DNA of 63,862 bases, filler included, from Thelocarpon superellum (lineage: Eukaryota), in assembly GCA_026025795.1 (NCBI GenBank). It is 5 parts of 5 records of this genome, joined end to end, with 100 filler letters (N's around TTAATTAATTAA, not from the genome) between each part and the next. Parts side by side here need not be neighbours in the genome. Positions count along the whole stretch, not along the records: positions 38,866 to 51,613 come from JAPEUG010000476.1; positions 51,714 to 63,862 come from JAPEUG010000490.1; 3 more parts are not named here. The stretch is one strand, 5' to 3'. Position 1 is the stretch's first letter. Each line of letters starts with the position of its first letter. The translations under genes and the position numbers were made by a program. The notes below the pieces were generated by a model. It was not told the DNA's origin. It saw only the letters and a list, made by a program, of their open reading frames with translations, and searched no databases. Below, one piece after another: positions 48,601 to 59,105 of this stretch.

Positions 48601-50516
48601 ATGATGACGGAGCCGTCCTGACCCACGTCGACATCCCGCACAGCCAGATGGCCTTTGCGAAGCGACCAGATGCGCTGGGGTGGCGAGAGGGCGTTGCGGA
48701 TCTTGATCGGGTTCGTGGTGGAGGTCGGGCTCACGCCCGGTTCCAGTCGCTGGCTCACTTTGACCGTGTAGACATCGCCCTCGTGCGTCATGACGCAGAT
48801 GGTGTCCCCACCCGAGGCAACCTTGGCCACGTGATTGGGCCGTGGGTCATGCGAGACGAAAGTACTCTTGAGGAAGTAGTTGGAGAAGCTCTCGAGGGGA
48901 AAGGCCATCTTGGCGTAGCCAAAGTTGGCAAACACCCACACCTCGTGATTCTCCAGTAGGCACACCGTCGCCCGATCGATGGCCGATACCATGGCGATTG
49001 GGCTGGAGAACAGGGCGGCGGCCACCTTTCTGGGCGTCGTTTGCTGTTGCAGCGAGCGTGCATCAGAATCGACCAAGCCCAATTGGCCCTCATTCTTGCC
49101 AAAGGTGAAGAGCGAAGTGGCGGTGAAGACGGCCGAGTGGACGCGGGATGCCACCGCGCCGCGAATACGTTCCCGTTTCAGGGGACCGAAGATCTGCCGC
49201 GGTGACGTCTGTACCGGCTCCTCGTCATGGACGGCGGGCTTTGGGAGAGCATATCCTAGTTGACCACATGTATTGGTGCCCCAGCTGAAGACCTCGGCCT
49301 CTCGCGTTATGGCGAGCGTATGGTTCTGGCCGAGAGCCACGCTGACAACCTGCTTGCCGGCGAGGCCGCCACCTTCGATACAGACAAAGTGAAACCGCGT
49401 GATTTCATCGCCCGTGCCCAGTCGCCCGCCGGGGCCGAAGCCACAGGCGTAAAGATTTGCCTCGGGGTCGGCGGTGTAGACGACGGTGTGTAGCTTCGAC
49501 ATGACGACATTCTGGATGACGATGGGTCTATGCCGCGTCAAGAACGGGAGGCTGGACGTCGCTCGCCGCGTCAGATCCGGGTCGGTCGGATCGACCTCGT
49601 CCAGCCCGTGATGCTGCTCTTGAAGCTGTTCGTAATGGAAGCGATGCAGCAGGTGATCTGGTCGCTTAAGGCTGACTCTTTCGGGGAACTGACGGTCGTC
49701 CTCGTTGCCCAGACCAAGGTTGAGATTCTTGTTGCTCCCAAAGGTGAAGACCTCGTCTCCGTCGAGGATCAATCGTGCGGCAACGAGCTTGGCCTGAAGG
49801 TCCCGGTCCTCGACTCGTTCCGCGTGGTCGGCGAAGTCGCTCCCTTCGCTCATGTCCAAGCTGTGCGAATTGGTTAGGGGCTGGGCGGCCACTTTGCGCG
49901 TGGCCACGGTGGCATTCAGAACGTCAAAGGGACTGTTTCCTTCTCGGTCTTTGACCTTGATGATTCTGCCAGCGTTGATAGGGAGCCCAGCACCGATCTG
50001 AAGCTTCCCCCGCGCATCTTGCAGGTCACGATCCATGATGGCCCGCGCGATGGTGACGTTACCAAAATAGAGGGCGCGATGGAGCGCTGTCCAGCCGCTC
50101 TCGAGGTCTTGTACGTAGAGATCGGTCAACGGGTGCTCGAGGAGGGCACGCGCAAACCCGAGAGCAGTCTTGCTGGTCGACGAGGCTGCGTGCATGAGGA
50201 TCGTGAGGCCATTGCGGTCTCGCAGGTTCACGTCGGCGCGGGTCAAGTTCAACGCGGCCCAGGGGCTCTCGACTTTGGCCGCGGACATGGTTGGACTCCA
50301 CCCGGCGGTGCGGCGTGACTTGGGGAGGGTCCGTGGCGATGGAGAAAAGACCGGGCCTGGGCTCCCTAGGGAGGATGCCAATGGACCCAGATAGCCCCCA
50401 CCTCCCGTGATCCCTCTGGATGCCGGCGGCCCGCTGACGTAGCTGGCCTCGGCCAGCAGGCGCCGAAAGTGTTCGACATCATCCTCGAGGAAGTATTTCC
50501 AGAGATGACAGCTCAT
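45669..50516 (-). CDS. btb1: Ankyrin + RCC1 + tandem BTB/BACK protein (IBTK / S. pombe Btb1-like Cul3 adaptor)
   Basis: 1615-aa intronless ORF. Ankyrin ESGWTALHRALYFG, RCC1 repeats (FTFGSNKN, GGRLGTG, WGTNTCGQLG), BTB motifs (IPVHRFIV, VKVHSALM...CPFF), and C-terminal SLQEIQQEQAF plus an RGG tail. Confidence 0.92.
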   Translation of the reverse strand: MSCHLWKYFLEDDVEHFRRLLAEASYVSGPPASRGITGGGGYLGPLASSLGSPGPVFSPSPRTLPKSRRTAGWSPTMSAAKVESPWAALNLTRADVNLRDRNGLTILMHAASSTSKTALGFARALLEHPLTDLYVQDLESGWTALHRALYFGNVTIARAIMDRDLQDARGKLQIGAGLPINAGRIIKVKDREGNSPFDVLNATVATRKVAAQPLTNSHSLDMSEGSDFADHAERVEDRDLQAKLVAARLILDGDEVFTFGSNKNLNLGLGNEDDRQFPERVSLKRPDHLLHRFHYEQLQEQHHGLDEVDPTDPDLTRRATSSLPFLTRHRPIVIQNVVMSKLHTVVYTADPEANLYACGFGPGGRLGTGDEITRFHFVCIEGGGLAGKQVVSVALGQNHTLAITREAEVFSWGTNTCGQLGYALPKPAVHDEEPVQTSPRQIFGPLKRERIRGAVASRVHSAVFTATSLFTFGKNEGQLGLVDSDARSLQQQTTPRKVAAALFSSPIAMVSAIDRATVCLLENHEVWVFANFGYAKMAFPLESFSNYFLKSTFVSHDPRPNHVAKVASGGDTICVMTHEGDVYTVKVSQRLEPGVSPTSTTNPIKIRNALSPPQRIWSLRKGHLAVRDVDVGQDGSVIICTDAGSVWRRVKRATIQDTSAIGTAEYKPKDYKFSRVPGLTRILAVRSNAFGAFAAVRKDCDVTKTQIATDSPTLWDDLSPLLPFHDLEVGADEEEEEEEDDTPRFWTPSLPKDHFNPLKAAVLTSADLESDMRRLLAHRSLAGEMSTDAVVATSASEVQIPVHRFIVSGRSAVLRKLLRDGRKSGQASVPDLLTIETNEQGRPVLRFHALDFLSILNFVSYCYQDSVVDVWQYTRHAPKYAFRYRQVRAELLKIALRLELRELEAAVRIMREPNLTLHHDLAVATADPSFFDDGDTIVELAGAEVKVHSALMRQRCPFFEGLFYGRAAGQWLSARRELMGGPSEATRVDLKHVEPSIFRYVVRYLYADVGEGFLDDVVCEDLDEFLDLVTEVLSVANELMLDRLSQMCQKILGRFVTTRNVCQLLNAVAPCAVTTFKEACLEYICLNLEGLLENHLLDELDEDLLLELDVVVRENQRDCLPFVRSGKADALLQEKFPELADARNRERQSKIDSVLVRARMGEPDFRMSGSYKTKLRPSSVSEVSSTQHRTRRKSSREVGGGSAGASPLLTSKASTMDLMFDMDDDEAERVVQTPGMESGHEPSTPGTVKGIDWAQGESPQLDSRGSIPSGGLRPLSLGSACGPISPTSPPARTPGPPNAGQPWGSSPLPSAKLSMKDIISQASSSRTSNLSASLSHQAKVPDKNSPSSTTGGKLSQRERKKQQQQQQQQSTHTKTTPPLTTGSGRNGRAKEEERPSPWQAQTTRPIVSLKEVLSSEARSSSTNPASSPLIRTSSIPPISLTKPTPTRNTSSPLPSQASTSSPPRQSTSHPNPPRTPRNVSSSSSAAPGPEPALQLSMAEIISQQETEQEVLKQTVAKRSLQEIQQEQAFMEWWDAETRKARDEGSGEGAKEGLKEGRGGRGSRGGRSGTARGGRGRGRGRNTSGEGGGPVEGGSPRIERGGETRGGKANRGKHST

Positions 50517-51102
50517 GTGATGTTTTCACGACAGGAGGCGTGATTGACGGGGGCCACGATCGCTCCGCAGGAGGGCTGGTACGACGGCGCGGTATCACGA
50601 GATTTTCACGGCGCAGTAGAGCGTGGAGCGGGTGGAGCAGACGAAAGGTAGTGCGGAAGAGGTGCCGTTGGGAGTTCAGGGCCACTTCGCCATGGTGCCG
50701 GCTGGGACGGAAGAGTGGGGCGTGACGGCAAGCGGAGGCACAGCTGACGGCGAGGGGGCGAGGGGGGGAGAGGCAACGAGGCCGATCACCGTGGACGCGG
50801 CTGATGGAAGCTACGGCGTAGTCCAGAGGTAGGGTTGATGGGGCTTGGACGAGAGCAACCCAAGATGAGGATAGTGTGCAATGTATGTGAGAGAGCAATT
50901 ATGTCTTGACAGCCCTAGAAGCACGGGATACGTCCGCAGCAAGATGATCTCCAATCCGGCCGCGGCTACGTGATGACGACGTGGTGATGGACGCGACGGC
51001 ATCGGAGGCTTTTGCAGTCTACCGTAGTGGGGCAATGTCGCCCCTCAGTCATCCAACGTTCCGTCCCCTATGATGCGTCGTCGAACTACTACTGAGCTAT
51101 TA

Positions 51103-51207
51103 CTACCAGTGTCGGAGCGCGCACGTGATCTGGTCACGTGCCCACTCCTATTACTATCCCAGACTACGCGTAGATTAGCAATTCAGCTCTGATTCCTACA
51201 CTAGTAG
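51103..51207. repeat. Short dispersed repeat (second copy of the module at 38402-38484) with 14-bp imperfect inverted ends
   Basis: Shares GCACGTGATCT(A/G)GTCACGTG..CACTCCTATTACTATCCCAGACTACGCGTAGAT..CAGCTCTGATTCCTA with contig 3. Confidence 0.8.
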
Positions 51208-51439
51208 AGTAGCTCGACTAATGCTCGATACCACTGAAACAGCATTCGTCACCGTTGGGGATCACACGTGTCACCGGGTCACCTGACTGCACAAGTCAGG
51301 TGACCATGGATTAGCCTGGGTATATCCCACCGTAGGCTAGCTAGCTAGAGAGGACAATCAACTCAGAAATATCCTGCGAAAGGCATAACAACACGTCGCA
51401 TCAGGAATTGGAAAGACCTCGGTTCAGTGCGCCCATTAT

Positions 51440-51613
51440 TCATTCGTCGAGAGGCGGCTTCCGCCCGTAGACGACATGACTGAAGTAAAGCTGTCAGCAG
51501 ACTCCACCAAAGGAGGCGAGCGGATGCTGGTCGACGTACAAGTCCAGCTGCGCATGAATGGCCGGATCCTTGAGATTGGCGCGGACTTGCGCCAGCAAGA
51601 GCTGCACCTCTTG
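51440..51613 (-). CDS. 3' end of a SAM-dependent methyltransferase, LaeA-like/TAM type (partial)
   Basis: QEVQLLLAQVRANLKDPAIHAQLD, then an intron (GTACGT...GCTGAC...CAG), then FHVVYGRKPPLDE*. This is a typical C-terminus for the family. Confidence 0.72.
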
Positions 51614-51713
51614 NNNNNNNNNNNNNNNNNNNNNNNNNNNNNNNNNNNNNNNNNNNNTTAATTAATTAANNNNNNNNNNNNNNNNNNNNNNNNNNNNNNN
51701 NNNNNNNNNNNNN
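51614..51713. other. Artificial contig linker
   Basis: N44-TTAATTAATTAA-N44. Confidence 0.98.
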
Positions 51714-53159
51714 GACACCAGACTGCGAGCGAGTTATGAGCTACTTGTGCAGTCTGAGCTCGGCAACCTACCCGCCAATCCAGTCGTCAGTAAGATTGGC
51801 CAATTAAACAGACGTCTTCGTCCAGCCCACTTGGCCACACATCCACCTACCATGGTGCCCGTGAACCCGTCGACTTGTCTCACCACCAACCCGGCAACGA
51901 ATGGAGCAAGTCCCTCGCCTGCCATGCGTCCCGGGTGTTCTTTGAAGGGAATGTACATCGACCCAGTCTTCGTCAGCGTGTGGTACCACGTTCAAGTCCG
52001 GCGGCGGGTCAACCTGCGGAAAGCTTTGGCTTTCGTACCCGCTCGACTCTTCCGTCTCTTCCCTCCTTCCCCCCCCACTTCCCTTCTTCTAGCCGCAGCC
52101 GTTGCCGGAAGTGTACCGGGTAATGTCCATCAAAGCGCCGCAATCACAAATCGCTTGCATCGACCCACGTCAGTGGGTGGCATACACACGTAGATCCGCC
52201 CGTCCGCCCGCACGCCAGGACACTCTCACGCGAGTCATGCACGGACAAAGCAAACATGCGCAAACGACCCAACCAGCATGCTCGGATCTCCACGGGAGGG
52301 AACCAAAAGACGAGCAAACGGCGCTTGTGTACCTCCGCCTGCACTGATAGACTTCCCCCTTCCCACCTTGCTCTCACCCCGAAGCCGCTTGAGAAGCATA
52401 TCCCAGTTGACACCGCACCAGACTAGCTGCAACCCTGGTCAATGCCACCCTGTTATAGGCTACGTCCAAAGCACCCTGTTGGTCTGACGTGTGCTAGGAG
52501 AGCTTGGCTATATCTCCATTCATGCTATATGGTGTCAGAGACCCTATATCAGCCTTGCGTTATAGCTTTGCTGGATCCGACGATAATTCTGGTCCCATTC
52601 GACCTGCGGCCCTCCTTGCCTCTCCTGGCCCCCCTGCTGATCTGCATGCATGCCTGACAGATGGACGGACGGACGGAGTGACGGACGGACCGGCGATCTG
52701 CATGACGTGCGGGCCTTGGCTGGGGCAGGCCTCGGTAGGCCCGTGACTCCGAGCACTCACTACCTGGCTACGGGGCGGCCAACCGACCGGGAGAGGGAGA
52801 GGGGGAGTGGGTTCTGCCGATACGGTACGATACGATACGTGGTCAAGTACTTGCCCTTGTCCTTGTCCATGTGCTGTGTCACACATATTCCAGCGCTATA
52901 ATGCAGTGGTTATTCGGCTTCATTGCTATGCAGCTCACTTGTCCACCCCTAGCCCCGCAAACCCCTCCCTATCTTGAGAAGTCATGTTCCAATCCATCAT
53001 TGAGAAGGCCGTCGTTGGTTTCCACCGCATCGCATCTGATCTGATGCAGCAGCAGCAGCAGCAGCAGCAGTGACGATTCGGTCCGTCACTCGTCCCACCA
53101 TCACGACGACGACGACGACCATAATCGCCACGCCAACCACTCATCACCATCACCACCAG

Positions 53160-55542
53160 CTACTCCTCCCCCTCGTCCCATCCATCGCGCTCACGATCCA
53201 ACAACGCAACCATGACCTCGGGCTCGAAGACGGTATCGTTGGGCACGCGACCGAGACCCTCGTCAAAGACCGGGCCGATGCAATCGATCCACTTCTTGCG
53301 CTTCTCCATGAGGGTGCGTGCGACGTCGCCGATGCCAGGCCGACTGACGCCGGCCCCGACGGGGCCACCCACGTAGTGACTCCCGCCGCCTGCGCCGCCG
53401 GGTCGCTTCTGCTGCTTCTTGCCCTTGCCGAGGGTGCGGGTGCGCTTGAGGTAGGCCTGCTGGACCTGGTTGTCGAGGTCTTCGAGAATCGTGTTGTATT
53501 CCTGGTGCGCGAGACGCACTTTCGCCAGCTCGGCGATGCGCGCCTTGTGCGCCCCATTGGCAATCGATTGCTCCTTCAGCTCGTTCTGCAGCAGGCGCAG
53601 CCGCGCCGCAATCTCGTCGTCGTAGTGCGCGTCGTAGTCTGGTTCGGCGTCTTCGCTGAGGAAGCCCAGGTATCGTAGCTCTTGCTTCAGCCGCTCGTCG
53701 ACTTGCGAGTACTCCAGCTTCGTCGCCGGCACCTTCCACCCTGGCTGCGTGCTGTCGGGGATGAAGGTGGCCGAGGGCAGCGGCGCCGTCTTCTCGCCTT
53801 CACCGCCGGCGCCGGCGGCGGCGGCGGCGGCGGCGTCGCCCTCAGTGGGCCCTTCGCCGTTGGGGGCGTGCTTGGGTCCATCCCCGTTGCTGACGCCGTT
53901 CGTGAGCGGCTTGTCGTCGGGCGAGGGGCGGTGCTCGACGCGCATGGCGGCCAGGAGGCGCGACAGCAGCGGGCCGCTCGAGATCTGCTCCGTCTCGGCC
54001 GTGTCGTCGTTGAGCAGGTCGATGTTGCCGCGCGCCTGATTGGCGCTGGACTTGTGGCTGCTCGCGTGCGAGTCGATGGCCATCGCGCCGTCTTCCTCCG
54101 CCCAGATCTCGGTGTAGTGGCGCTTGCCGCGGCGAGGGATCACGAACGGCTGCGAGCGGTCGCCGCGCTCGCGGAGAAAGGCCACGTCTTCTTCGGTAAA
54201 GGGGCGGAAGTACGGCTCGATGTAGGCGGCAAACGTCGTGGCGGCCACTTGGTTGGTCGGCTTGGCGTTGCTGAAGTCTCGGTCGGGCGGCGTGCCGGGA
54301 ATGAGATGGCGGAGGTCGTCGTGAGGGTACATGGCCACGGAGTAGAGGTCCTTGATCTCTTCCTCAGTCATGCCGGGCTGCACTTCGCGGATGTCGTAGC
54401 GCGTCGGGTCGTCGAAGGTGGAAGGGTCGGGGCCGAAGGTCTGGTAGTGAGGCACGGCGGGCGCTGGCACGGGCTGGTGATCGGAGAGAGAGCTGCTGGA
54501 GGCCGGCGAGCTGGCGTCCGAGATGGCGTCGACCGCCGGGCCGGTGTTGGGTGAATGGTGTGAGGAGGGAGACAGTGACGACGACGTCACGGAGGCCGTC
54601 TCACGCTTGACCTCGTCTGGTGAGCCCGCCGCCGGGTTGGCGGAGCGGCGACGCTCGGGGGAGGAGGAGGCATCTGGCACATGATGACGCTGGTTAGGAC
54701 GACGTGGAGAGTTCAGGATCAGGTTCGCATTGAGACGGTCAAGTTCGCCGGGCCGGCTGCTGCTCCACCAGAGTCGCTTGGTGGGTTTGCCCATGACGAC
54801 GGCCGGGAAAGGAGAAACAACGGCACAGACGGTTCGGGGTAGGGGACATGCGATGAGGGGCCAGATGTTGTAGAGGGAATGACAAGGCTCGAGGGTGCGA
54901 GGGTGCGAGGGTGCGGGGTGTGTTGACATGCAACATCACGGCAACGGAACGCATGCGCAACAGAGGAATGAGCGACTCACCCTGCATCTCGACGTCGCCG
55001 CCATCCTGGCGGGCCAAGCCATGGGCGCCGTGCACGAGCGGACGTTCGTCCCGCACCTTGCTCCGGTCCTTGCGTTTCTTGATCTTGCTGGCCTTGCTCC
55101 CCCGCCGCTCCTCCTCCTCGTTCCGCGCGGCCGCGTCACGTTTGAGCTTCTCCTTTCGTTCCTCCTGATCGCGCGATTCCCGCTCTTTTTCCCGTTCGTC
55201 TTCCAATCGGTTCTTGCGTCGGAGGGACAGCTGGCGCATACCCTTGTTGCACACGTCCGAGCGAATGTCGGCCAACTGCGCCAGGGTGCGCAGGTCGGCG
55301 GCGAGGGCGTCGAGATGCTTGGATTCGGGAATGCCCGTGGTGCTGCCATGGCGGTCGAGGAGATCGTCGTAGGTCAGATTCGTCGGGACCATGAGCTGCG
55401 ACAAGGGCATCTCGAGATAGGCGGTGTGAGAGGCGCTCACGGTGCTGGTACTGGCGCCAACCGAGCTGGGAGTGGTATTTCGACTCCGCGACCGCCGGCT
55501 GTCGCGGGCCTTGCTCTTTCCTTTTCCGCCAACGATAGGCAT
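53160..55542 (-). CDS. NGG1: SAGA/ADA histone acetyltransferase subunit Ada3
   Basis: [71 protein letters not shown] and [11 protein letters not shown]. One 307-nt intron at 54980-54674. Confidence 0.92.
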
Positions 55543-56547
55543 GGTGGCGTCGACGTTGCTGCGACGGGACACAGTCTCGAGATGGGAGGCAAAGGCTTCG
55601 CCTCAGTCGTCTACCATGTACAGCAGATTGGGGCAGATGTGGAGGTATTGCATCTTTGGGGAATCCGAAACGAGCGTGACGCCTGCGAGAGAGCACAGTA
55701 GATGGGCGTGAAGCTTGGAGGAGCTCGATGAGGTCAAACGGCTGTTCCGCATGCAGACTAACGCGGTTGGTCCCATCACGTGATTTCTTGTTGAGCGAGG
55801 ATGGTTCTCGAGAGGTGAAGAGATGTGGATGGATTAGACAGAGATGAGACCAACACCGGAGCTTCTACGGGGGGAATACTCCACACTCGTGCTGAACGCA
55901 TCAGTCTGCGACCTGACCACTCCGTAGCCTGCCTCAGCGCACGCAATACCGTAGTTGGTCGGTACTCGTCGACGGGCCATGTCGCCTCTGCCGCCTCGGC
56001 CGCACGTGGACGATGGCGGACACAAGCTTTTCTGCCAAGGCCACGGCTAGCCACAATGATCTAATCTGTCCCGGCGCCCGCCCACCGTGCCCGCCTCCCC
56101 TGCGATCCGCCGGCAGTCCCAGGGTTTGGCCAGCACCAAAAGAGGTATATTGTCGTTCGCTTGGCACAATCGACCATAATCTGCGACGATCATTGGCTGA
56201 ATCGAACTCATATTGGCTGTCATCCGCTACAACATGGCTGCTGCACCAACTGCGCCCTCTCGAACCACACCTGTCCACTCCACCCCCGTCACCCGGTCCC
56301 TCGCGTGCGTCCCGATCGCGAGCACTTCCCCGCCATCTCCATCTCGTCGGCTTTTCCGCCGCACCCCTCACGCATCTCGAGTGTCTCCCACTCCCTCGAC
56401 TCCCGCGGTGCTTCGTGAGACTTGCGTCGCCTCCGTTTCCGCGCACGTCTCGGACCTCCTCCAACATGGGCCCACGGATCCAGTGACAGGACACCCTCCC
56501 CCGGCACGGCCTTCCGTGAACGACCTTCGACATGAGCGGCCGCCATC

Positions 56548-58512
56548 ATGGCCGCCGTCGGGATCAAGACCTCTGTCCTGGTCATTCCCAACCCGGAATG
56601 GTCCATGACATCCAATGATTTTGCCCATGTGCCCGCCAATCTCTCCTTCACCCAGGACCTGCCGTCGAACATCCGGACACTGTCGACCAATTCCATCAGT
56701 CAGGGCGACACGGCGACGGGGCTGCTGTACGTGCCGGACCTGGAGCCGCAGGATCCCTGCGTCAACAGCTCGTCGCCCTACGTGCCGGCCAACGTGACGC
56801 GACAAGCCAACCTGCCGAACAAGGACTACGATCTGATTGCCATCGCGCCCTGGATCTCGGCCGAGTGCACCCTGGCCTACCTGGCCTCGGCCCGCAGCGA
56901 TCCCATCCATGCCTTTCTCTTCTTCCCGCCAGATCACCGCACGGCGGAGCCGCCACTGCCCAACGACCCGATGTGGAATCTCAACGACGGCGGCGACTGG
57001 AAGGCCATCAATCGCTTCCCGGTCTATGCCATCCCAGGACAGGTGGGATGGACGTTGATGAACCAGTCAAGTCATTACTCGGGCAACATGACGGACGTGG
57101 AGTTTGGACAGGTGTTGAGTGAGATGCACGATTCTCGGGACTACGTGCGCCTATACACGGAGATTTCGACGGGTGGGTCATGACTGCACTCCACTGAAAG
57201 GGACGATGTGCTGATGCTGGGGTGCCTAGGCAGCCGAAATACCTTGCCGAGTCTCTGGGTGTTTTTGGTGATTGTTCTCGCGGTGCTGTTGGTAATCATC
57301 TTCATCACCTCCTTTACGATGCGATGGATCCAGAAGAAACGGCGACAAGCCTTGAGGCGACGCGTGGCCGAGGGCGAGGTGGATCTGGAGGCGTTGGGTA
57401 TCAAGCGGGTGACGGTGCCCAAGGACGTGTTGGAGAAGTTGCCGCTCTTTGTCTACGTGGCACCAGGGGCGGGACGCGACGGATGTGCGGAGGATCCACC
57501 CAATGCACCCGTACAGGTTCCAACGTCGGAGTCAGCATTACCGGATCCTTTACCAGATGGGTCCCCACGCATCAACCATCCGACCCCATCACCCTCTCTT
57601 CCCCGACGCGTGCTCCCCTTCTCCCAATCCACATGTCCCATCTGCCTGGACGACTTCACCTCGGCCGTGACGACGGTACGCGAACTCCCATGCAGCCACA
57701 TCTTCCACCCGGAATGCGTGGACGACTTTTTCCAAACGACGAGCAGTCTGTGTCCGCTGTGCAAGAAGAGCATCTTGCCGGCGGGGCATTGTCCCCCAAC
57801 GGTCACGAACACGATGGTGCGACGCGAACGAATGATACGACGGATGAGAGAACGCGTGGTGGTGCCTGACATGGGGATGGGACTGGATGGTGAAACCGGG
57901 TCGGGCGTCGACTACTCCCAGGTCTTGACTCCCCCAACGGTGATGATGAGAGTGACGGCGGGGTTGAGTGGATTGACGAGCTTGAGGTTCCCCTATCGAC
58001 GTCGACAGTCGAGTGCATCGCCTCGTACGGTGCCATCAATTACAGTCGCAAGGGCAGCGGCAGGGATTGAGACTGGACAGGATCTCGCGTCAACCGTACC
58101 AATGCAGCGAATACGCGCACGCGAATGGATCCGGACGAAGATGTTGCGACGACGTGATGGGGAGGCCAGGGACACAAATGGGGATACAGCTGGTGGTGGG
58201 GGCGAGGATGGAGGGGAAGGTGGGATTGAAGTGGGCGGTGAAGGGTATATCCCGGTTGGGACTAGTACCGGGGTGCAGGGGGGAGTACAGGAGGAGGCCA
58301 CGCAGGCTGCGCAGGCTGAGGAGATTCGAGGAGAGGTTCGAGTGGAAGAAGAGGGCGGGGAAGAACCGCCTCGATATGTGAGGGCGGAGGAGGTACCTCG
58401 GCTTGCTCAGGCGTCACCACCACCACCACCACCAACACAATCATCATCCGCGCCAGCACGAGAAACGACGGCGCAAGAAGAGGCAGGAGAAGGAAAAGGC
58501 GACGCTTTATGA
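56548..58512 (+). CDS. PA-TM-RING (RING-H2) E3 ubiquitin ligase
   Basis: Luminal PA-like region (GLLYVPDL, IAIAPWIS..CT), TM segment LPSLWVFLVIVLAVLLVIIF, RING-H2 CPICLDDF...LPCSHIFHPECV...CPLCK. Intron at about 57173-57229. Confidence 0.88.
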
Positions 58513-59058
58513 CCTTCCTCGCCACCTATCATATCTTACGTCGTTCATTCTCCCTTTCCCCTTCTTCTTGATGATGATGCCGTGGAGATTGGCGCGTTAT
58601 GATCATGGTATTTTTCTTTTCAGAGGGGCGGTCGAGCGAGGGAGGGAGGGATGGATGGATGGATGGACAGAGGGCGGGAGGGAGAAGGCAGTATCGTTTC
58701 CTTGGACTCGCATCTACCCTGTGGATAGGTGGGTAGGTCGTAGGAGGATGGCGCGTATGTAGGTAGGTTGGTGGTTAGGTTAAGGGCAGGGAGGGGCCTG
58801 GTAGGCAGAACGATCTTGCGTCTCGTTTCTTACTCGTACTCCTGAGAGATCGAGCTTATCAAATGAAGGAATGACCGACGAATGATGATTGCTCCTCACA
58901 TCCAGACGAGCAGTACTTGGTTGTTCGGGAATCACACTCTGCTTCCCACTACCATTTCCCGTTCCCAATCCCAGTCCCATTTCCATTCTCAACCGCCGCC
59001 ACCGTCACCGCCACCGCCACCGCACAGGTCAAGTAACCGCCGTCACAACATGGGAAGA

Positions 59059-59097
59059 GAAGAAGAAGAAGAAGAAGAAGAAGAAGAAGAAGAAGAA
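59059..59097. repeat. (GAA)13 microsatellite just downstream of the urease stop
   Basis: Perfect GAA run. Confidence 0.9.
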
Positions 59098-59105
59098 GGT
59101 GGGAA

